64,000 nucleotides of DNA, from assembly GCA_002418265.1 (NCBI GenBank), contig DIDS01000019.1, positions 3,848 to 67,847 of the forward strand. The letters run 5' to 3'. Positions 57,767 through 64,000 of the stretch are shown here, one piece after another (position 1 is the stretch's first letter; the number at the start of each line of letters is the position of its first letter). The DNA is from Acidimicrobiia bacterium UBA5794 (lineage in GTDB: Bacteria; Actinomycetota; Acidimicrobiia; Spongiisociales; UBA5794). The notes under the pieces are model-generated. The model searched no databases. It saw only the letters and a program-made list of their open reading frames with translations, and was not told the origin of the DNA. Both the position numbers and the translations under genes were made by a program.

Positions 57767-60700
57767 TCATCGTCCCATCGCTATCTGCGAAAGGCGTCGG
57801 ACCGCGATCAAACCGGCAGAGACATTCTCGATCCCATCTCGTTCCAGCCACGCAAAGAGTCGGTCACGGCGGGGGATCATGCGTGGGAAGCGCTCGAAGT
57901 GGGCATCGAGGGAACCATCGGACTCCTCCAGGATCATCGTCACAACATCTCGGCGCATCTGTTGAATGTCGTGCAAGAGCGCATCCGCAGCGAGACGATC
58001 GAATGTTGTGACCCCTGGAAGTTCGCGGATCCTTCGTTCAACCCAGTCGACCTTGAACTCCTGGCTCACGCTCGTGTAGAGGTTCGCAACCTCCATCACC
58101 TCGCGATCGTGCTCATGCGCGAGTTCGATGATGTCCGGGGCACGGCGCAAGGCTCGTTGGAAGCCGTGTCGAAGCGCAATCGGGGCTGGTACACCGTTGT
58201 CAATCATTGCCGTGGCAGCGGCTTCATACGGTTCCCTCCACTCGGCTGGTTCCGCAAGCGGCATGCCGGCCGCGAGATCTGCAAACTGAGCTTTTGCGAG
58301 ACTGATCTCCTCATCGATTGTTGATGGACTCACCGGTTGGTTGAGGTACCAGAGGGTGATCACGAACACGAGTTGGTCGACGTCTCGCAGCAGAGCTCTT
58401 GAGACGTCAGGATCGATCGTTCCGGCGAGGGCTTCGATGTCGGACCACCGCGTTCCAGCGTCGGTGATGGCTCTCGCTGCGCGGAAGGCACGAATGATTC
58501 GAGCGGCTGGTTCACCCGTCTGGGTTCGCATGCGGGAATAGAAGGTCGCGCCAAGGGAGTTGAGCGCCTGATTCGCCACGATCGTCGAAATCAGCTCCCG
58601 TCGCAGGGGATGCTGCATGATCTCGTCGTGGAAACGTTCGGCCACGGTTGGCGGAAAGTACGCCAACAGATCTGTCTCGAAATGTGGATCGTCCGGCAGA
58701 TCTGACTGAACCAAAAGGTCGGTGAGTTGGCGCTTGGCGTAGGCAAGAAGCACCGCGAGCTCAGGACGTGCCATCCCGACTCCGTCACGACCACGTTGGA
58801 GCATCTCCTCCGCCGTAGGGAGGAACTCGATGTCCCGGTCAAGTATCCCTTCTCGCTCGAGGCGGTCCATCAAGTCGCCATACTGGTCGATCGTCCGGGT
58901 CGACATCGCCGCCTCTTGGGAGAGGATCTGGGCTTGGAGGAAGTTGTCATACAGGATCGCTGAGACAACATCGTCAGAGACATCCCGGATGATCTCGTCA
59001 CGTTCGAGCCGCGTGATCGTTCCGTTTCTTTCTGCAATGCCAAGCAGGATCTTGAGGTTCACCTCACGGTCGGATGCATGGACACCCCCGGAGTTGTCGA
59101 TGAAGTCTGCGAATACGTGGCCGCCGGAGCGGTCGAACTCGACACGGCCGCGCTGGGTCATGCCGAGATTGCCTCCCTCTCCGATCACCTTTGCACGCAC
59201 ATCTCGACCGTTGACACGCACGGCATCGTTTGATCGATCCTGCACCTGCTCAGATGTCTCGATCTTGGATTTGATATAGGTTCCGATTCCGCCGTTCCAC
59301 AACAGATCAACGGGAGCCTTCAGCACGAGCCGAATGACCTCACTCGGGCTCAGCGACTCAGCGGTTGTATCGAGCACCGAACGCATCTCGTCAGTCAACG
59401 TGATCGACTTTGCAGAGCGATCAAACACGCCCCCACCGGCAGAGATGAGATCTGGGTTGTAGTCGGCCCATGAAGAGCGTGGGATGAGGGAGATTCTCTT
59501 GCGCTCCTCCCATGCCACGCCGGGATCGGGATCGGGATCGACGAATACATGCCGATGGTCGAACGCGGCAATGAGCTTCAGGTGTTTCGACAACAGCATG
59601 CCGTTTCCGAACACGTCACCGGACATATCGCCAATGCCCACGGCGGTGATCTCCTCCGTCGCCACATCAATGCCAAGATCGAAGAAGTGTCTACGCACCG
59701 ACTCCCACGCGCCGCGGGCTGTGATACCAAGCGCCTTGTGGTCGTAGCCTGCTGACCCTCCCGAAGCGAATGCATCGTCGAGCCAGAACCCGTACTCAGC
59801 CGCCAACGCGTTCGCCGTATCCGAGAATGTGGCTGTTCCCTTGTCGGCCGCCACCACGAGATACGGATCGTCGGTGTCGTGACGAACCACGTTGGCAGGA
59901 GGTACCACGGTATCGCCGACCCGGTTGTCGGTGATGTCGAGGAGACCACGAATGTAAGTTTGGTACCCGGCCTTGACCTCGTCATAGCTCGGGCGAGCCT
60001 CCACCGACCTGCGCAGGACGAACCCACCCTTGGCCCCCGTCGGCACGATGACAACGTTCTTGGTGTTCTGTGCCTTCATCAGGCCGAGAACTTCCGTGCG
60101 GTAGTCTTCCTTGCGATCCGACCACCGAATGCCACCACGAGCAACGGCTCCACCCCTCAGATGGAGGCCTTCGACATCAGGTGCCGAGACGTAGATCTCG
60201 TACAGCGGTTTGGGGCTCGGCATCTCTGGAACCATGTCCGAAGAGAACTTGAGTGATAGCGACTTCCGACCCTCAACGCGGAGGTTCGTACGTTGGGTGG
60301 CGAGCACCAGACCGAGGAATCCCCGCAGGATGCGGTCCTCGTCGAGAGACGACACGTTGTCGAGCCGTCGACGAATGTCTTTTGCGATCTCTCGTGCATC
60401 GTCCTCATCGTGGCGTTCTCCGAAGCGTGCATTGAAAAGCTTCACCAACGCTTCGGCGACTCCGGGATGGAGCGCAAACGTGTCGTCCACGTATCCCACA
60501 GAAAAGGAAGGAGTAACGAGTCGCCAGTAGTTCCGGTAGGCACGAAGAATTGCGAGCTGATGATGGTCGAGTCCTGTGGTGACAAGCAATCGGTGGAGTG
60601 AATCTGATTCCGCCTCACCGGTGAGTACTGCCTCGATCGCAGCCGTGACCCGATCCCCGACCTCCTCCACATCGAGTTGTGATCCGTCAGGCATCAAGAC

Positions 60701-62569
60701 TCCAACGTCGTGGATGAACGTCCCCTCCTCACCTTTGAGACGGGTTGGAACTTCCTCAACGACAGTCAGACCGAGGTGTTCGATCAGCGGCATGATCGCC
60801 GACAAGACCAGCTTTCCTGTTGTCCGATACACCGTTATCCGCGTCAAGGGCTCGGGAGATGCTGGCTCGTCGACGCCTCCAGATTCCACGCCTCTCGATT
60901 CGTTGTTGACGCCGACGACGAGATCCTTGCCCGATGCCTCAAGGTGATCGAGCGACATGATGTCCCCAACCACAAGCTCGATCAGAGTCGACGACTTGTA
61001 ATACTCAGGGAACGCTGGCGTCCAACGGCTCGCCAGTCGATTCGCCTCCGACTCTCCAACCACATCCACGAGGGCGTCGACCACGCGGTCCTCCCAATTC
61101 CTGGCGAGTGCGTGAACCTGAGCCTCCAGGCTCGCGAGGTCGACTTCAGCCGGGATACCTCCCTCGGTCCATACTGAGAAGTGAATGCGTGCATCTCCGG
61201 ACTCACCAAGTGAAAGGCGATAGTCGATCGACTTTCCATCAAACGCCTCCTTGAACAGCTGCTGGAGTTGTTGTCGCAAGGATGCGTTGAATCGATCTCT
61301 GGGAACGGTGACGAGAACGCTCACGGAACGCTTGAGCGCGTCTCTTCGCACAAACATCCTGACATGCTCGGATTCCTCGGTTTCGAGGAGATGTCTGAGC
61401 ATGTCGCTCAGGTCGTCAACGGACATCGCAAACAAGTCGTCTTTGGGGAAACTCTCGAACAGCTGGACAACCGTTTTGTAGTCGTGGCTTCCCTCGATCA
61501 GGTCCTGCTCGTCAAGGATGCGGGCAAGTTTGCGTCGCAGCACAGGGATGTCACTCGCTGTGGCCATGTAGGCCTTGGAGGTGAACAAACCCACCAGACG
61601 AAACTCGGTTTCGGTTCTTCCGGCTTCGTTGCGCTGTCGCACCCCGATGTAGTCCATGCGAGCGTCGCGATGGACGGTCGCATATCGGTTCGTTTTCGTG
61701 ATGACGACGAGATCGCCGCCGAAGTAACGATCTGTCACATAATTCGGGAGGTCAGAAAGCGGGATCGGCTTGGAAGGTGGATCGGTGCGTGACAGGATTC
61801 CGAGACCGCTCCCCTCGCGGGACTGGATGTGGAGCCCCTCGTCCCCTTCGCCGATCTCGTAGACCTTGTATCCGAGAAAGACAAAGTTGTCGTCGAGGAG
61901 CCAGTTGAGGAAGTCAATGGTCTCGTCGATTTCCTCAAAGCTGTACTGGGTGATACTCGATTTTGCAACATCGATCATTTCTGCCACAGCGTTTCGCATG
62001 GCGTCAAAGTCACGGACCGATACGAGAACGTCGCTCAATACACCCTCGATGGCATCGGAAAGCTTGGCCTCTTCCTCTTCGGAAAGCGCACGGTCGAGTT
62101 CGAAATGTTGGACGCTTTCGGTCCTCGGGGACGTCCGTGCCGAGGCGACAGCAACGAGGGCACCCTGAGAATCTCGCGTGGTACCGATCACGGGGTGCAG
62201 ATGGCGTTCGATTCCCGCACCGGATCGGATCACGGCGTTGGCAACGGAGTCGACAAGAAACGGCATGTCATCCACAACCACCTGGACGACGCTCCCGACG
62301 GTTTCGTATCCGTTGAGCTCGACCGAGGGCTTGAAGACACGGATGGCGTGATCCTTCTTGCCGCGGGCATCGACGAAGCGCAACAGGTCTTCAATTTCGG
62401 CATACAGTTGCTCGGGGGGAAGATCCGGGATGTCGGCGTCAGGTATGCGCCGGATGTACGTTGCAGCGAACGCTTCGATCATGGCGCGCTGCTGGGGCGG
62501 CATGTCGGAAGGGATGGATGCGATGAGTCGGTCGAGGAGGCCGGTTGCGGACGCACCGTTTTCAGGCAT
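57767..62569 (-). CDS. Large NAD-specific glutamate dehydrogenase
   Basis: 1600 aa; ARGGIRWSDR, DDPYLVVAADKGTATFSD, GYDHK and GIGDMSGDVFGNG. Confidence 0.97.
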   Translation of the reverse strand: MPENGASATGLLDRLIASIPSDMPPQQRAMIEAFAATYIRRIPDADIPDLPPEQLYAEIEDLLRFVDARGKKDHAIRVFKPSVELNGYETVGSVVQVVVDDMPFLVDSVANAVIRSGAGIERHLHPVIGTTRDSQGALVAVASARTSPRTESVQHFELDRALSEEEEAKLSDAIEGVLSDVLVSVRDFDAMRNAVAEMIDVAKSSITQYSFEEIDETIDFLNWLLDDNFVFLGYKVYEIGEGDEGLHIQSREGSGLGILSRTDPPSKPIPLSDLPNYVTDRYFGGDLVVITKTNRYATVHRDARMDYIGVRQRNEAGRTETEFRLVGLFTSKAYMATASDIPVLRRKLARILDEQDLIEGSHDYKTVVQLFESFPKDDLFAMSVDDLSDMLRHLLETEESEHVRMFVRRDALKRSVSVLVTVPRDRFNASLRQQLQQLFKEAFDGKSIDYRLSLGESGDARIHFSVWTEGGIPAEVDLASLEAQVHALARNWEDRVVDALVDVVGESEANRLASRWTPAFPEYYKSSTLIELVVGDIMSLDHLEASGKDLVVGVNNESRGVESGGVDEPASPEPLTRITVYRTTGKLVLSAIMPLIEHLGLTVVEEVPTRLKGEEGTFIHDVGVLMPDGSQLDVEEVGDRVTAAIEAVLTGEAESDSLHRLLVTTGLDHHQLAILRAYRNYWRLVTPSFSVGYVDDTFALHPGVAEALVKLFNARFGERHDEDDAREIAKDIRRRLDNVSSLDEDRILRGFLGLVLATQRTNLRVEGRKSLSLKFSSDMVPEMPSPKPLYEIYVSAPDVEGLHLRGGAVARGGIRWSDRKEDYRTEVLGLMKAQNTKNVVIVPTGAKGGFVLRRSVEARPSYDEVKAGYQTYIRGLLDITDNRVGDTVVPPANVVRHDTDDPYLVVAADKGTATFSDTANALAAEYGFWLDDAFASGGSAGYDHKALGITARGAWESVRRHFFDLGIDVATEEITAVGIGDMSGDVFGNGMLLSKHLKLIAAFDHRHVFVDPDPDPGVAWEERKRISLIPRSSWADYNPDLISAGGGVFDRSAKSITLTDEMRSVLDTTAESLSPSEVIRLVLKAPVDLLWNGGIGTYIKSKIETSEQVQDRSNDAVRVNGRDVRAKVIGEGGNLGMTQRGRVEFDRSGGHVFADFIDNSGGVHASDREVNLKILLGIAERNGTITRLERDEIIRDVSDDVVSAILYDNFLQAQILSQEAAMSTRTIDQYGDLMDRLEREGILDRDIEFLPTAEEMLQRGRDGVGMARPELAVLLAYAKRQLTDLLVQSDLPDDPHFETDLLAYFPPTVAERFHDEIMQHPLRRELISTIVANQALNSLGATFYSRMRTQTGEPAARIIRAFRAARAITDAGTRWSDIEALAGTIDPDVSRALLRDVDQLVFVITLWYLNQPVSPSTIDEEISLAKAQFADLAAGMPLAEPAEWREPYEAAATAMIDNGVPAPIALRHGFQRALRRAPDIIELAHEHDREVMEVANLYTSVSQEFKVDWVERRIRELPGVTTFDRLAADALLHDIQQMRRDVVTMILEESDGSLDAHFERFPRMIPRRDRLFAWLERDGIENVSAGLIAVRRLSQIAMGR

Positions 62570-62666
62570 GACGCGAGGCTAGTGCTCTGCCCGCCGATCA
62601 CGGCACGCATTCGGTGACTTTCGCCTTCCTGACTCCTACGATTCCCACTCCGATCGAAAGTGAGCC

Positions 62667-63446
62667 ATGGCCAATCCGACGCTTCAGAAACAATTCGGTG
62701 CGCTCCCGCCGGTCGGTGCCGCCACCGACACCGCGTTGAGCGAACCGAAGACACCGATCACCATGGGCGCCGACGACCCAATGACCATCGGCGGCACTGC
62801 AGCCAAGACAGCCTTCTTACTCATACTCGTGCTTGCGGCAGGTGCATGGGGCTGGACACTTGTCGATCCCCAGGCTGGCGAGGTAAACATTCCGATCTGG
62901 TGGTTCTTCGTCCTGATTGGAGCCGTTGTCCTCGCGGTCGTGACGGCATTCAAGCCGCAGCTCGCAATCATCACGGGACCGCTCTATGCAATCAGTCAGG
63001 GCGTTGTGATCGGGGCGATCAGCCACATCTATGAGGCCGAGTTTGAGGGCATCATCATCCAGGCGCTTCTCGCCACGGCGAGCGTGTTCATGGTCATGCT
63101 CGTTCTATTTGTGACGCGCACGATCCGGGTCACGAACAGGATGCGCGGCGTCATCATCGGGGCAACGCTCGGGATTGCGCTGTTCTATTTGGTGAGCATC
63201 GTGCTTTCGCTGTTCTCCGTGAACATGCCCTTTGTGTGGGACAGCGGTCCACTCGGAATCGGGTTCAGCATTCTGGTGGTCGGTATTGCCGCCTTCAATC
63301 TGATGCTTGACTTCGACCTCATCGAACGTGGCGTCGCCGCACAGGCTCCCAAATTCATGGAGTGGTTCGGTGCCTTTGCCCTGATGGTCACGATCGTGTG
63401 GCTGTACATCGAGATCCTGCGGCTCCTCTCCAAGATCAGGGACTGA
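62667..63446 (+). CDS. Bax inhibitor-1/YccA family protein
   Basis: MANP start, FNLMLDFDLIE and VWLYIEILRLL. Confidence 0.92.
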   Translation: MANPTLQKQFGALPPVGAATDTALSEPKTPITMGADDPMTIGGTAAKTAFLLILVLAAGAWGWTLVDPQAGEVNIPIWWFFVLIGAVVLAVVTAFKPQLAIITGPLYAISQGVVIGAISHIYEAEFEGIIIQALLATASVFMVMLVLFVTRTIRVTNRMRGVIIGATLGIALFYLVSIVLSLFSVNMPFVWDSGPLGIGFSILVVGIAAFNLMLDFDLIERGVAAQAPKFMEWFGAFALMVTIVWLYIEILRLLSKIRD

Positions 63447-63478
63447 GGAGGCTTTTGCTTTTGGCTTTTGGCTTTTAG

Positions 63479-64000
63479 CCCCGATTCTTCACGTGGTGTG
63501 ATCGGCTGAATGTCGGGTTCCGCGAAAACGCCCTTCTGGTAAGGGATACTGAGGTTGTGAAGACATCAGTTTCCAAAACAGAAGGGCATCTCCGAGATGA
63601 ACGCTAACAGCACTCGTAACGTGGTTGTGGAATCGGGTGGGACCCAGGTGGTGGGTCATGTCGGGTTGCATGCTTTGGGCATGTTTGCCGATCGTCTCGG
63701 GGTGGGTTCGGCACTCTCAAAAGCGGTAGGTTGGTCTGGTCCCGGGATACCGATCCATGATCGGGGACGGGTGTTGACTCAGGCAATGTTGATGCTTGCG
63801 GGGGGCGGCGAGTCGTGCACCGACATTGAGGTGTTGGCATCCCAGGAACGCCTGTTCGGTGACGTGTGTTCAGATTCGACGCTGTATCGAACGTTCACCG
63901 AAACGCTCGACAGTGACACGGTGCAACGAGGTCGCCGGGCAATGGCTCGGGTCCGCTCCGATGTGTGGAAACGTATCTCGACGGTGACGGGTGACGGGCC
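63479..64000 (+). mobile_element. IS1380 family insertion sequence, left part
   Basis: CCCCGATTCTTCAC terminus after TTAG, followed by the transposase; composition shifts to G/T-rich. Confidence 0.8.
63597..64000 (+). CDS. IS1380 family transposase (truncated by the window end)
   Basis: Manual translation MNANSTRNVVVESGGTQVVGHVGLHAL...HDRGRVL...LAGGGESCTDI...LFGDVCSDSTLYR matches actinobacterial IS1380 N-termini. Confidence 0.88.
   Translation, partial: MNANSTRNVVVESGGTQVVGHVGLHALGMFADRLGVGSALSKAVGWSGPGIPIHDRGRVLTQAMLMLAGGGESCTDIEVLASQERLFGDVCSDSTLYRTFTETLDSDTVQRGRRAMARVRSDVWKRISTVTGDG

Noticed and set aside
63489-63987. Short ORFs in the ORF track at the window end
   Set aside because: Alternative frames of the IS1380 transposase region.

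Overview
GC-rich (about 60% by eye) actinobacterial chromosome segment, most likely Acidimicrobiia judging by gene content and synteny. Most of it is housekeeping or catabolic: truncated topA, a GT4 glycosyltransferase with a tandem histidine phosphatase, a membrane pyrophosphatase with TrkAH, an actinobacterial ssd/tad pilus locus, leuC with TWO leuD copies, hutHUI, an M1 aminopeptidase, HicAB, a complete System I ccmABCDEFH(I)G operon (ccmD is missing from the ORF track), a His-tailed thioredoxin, dtxR-tldD-tldE, a di-heme oxidoreductase, an MprAB-like two-component system, paaABCDE with a TetR regulator and operator, a large NAD-glutamate dehydrogenase, and the left end of an IS1380 element. 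I saw no rRNA, tRNA or CRISPR array. The best leads are (1) a diverged leuD duplicate with an L30G change in the substrate-discriminating loop, bracketed by a 10-bp inverted repeat tied to a dispersed GWACCC-W-GGGTWC palindrome family, and (2) several classes of intergenic repeat: REPIN/MITE-like hairpin doublets, phased heptamer arrays and a 13-bp array in front of the pilin gene. All functional calls come from motif recognition by eye; no database searches were run.
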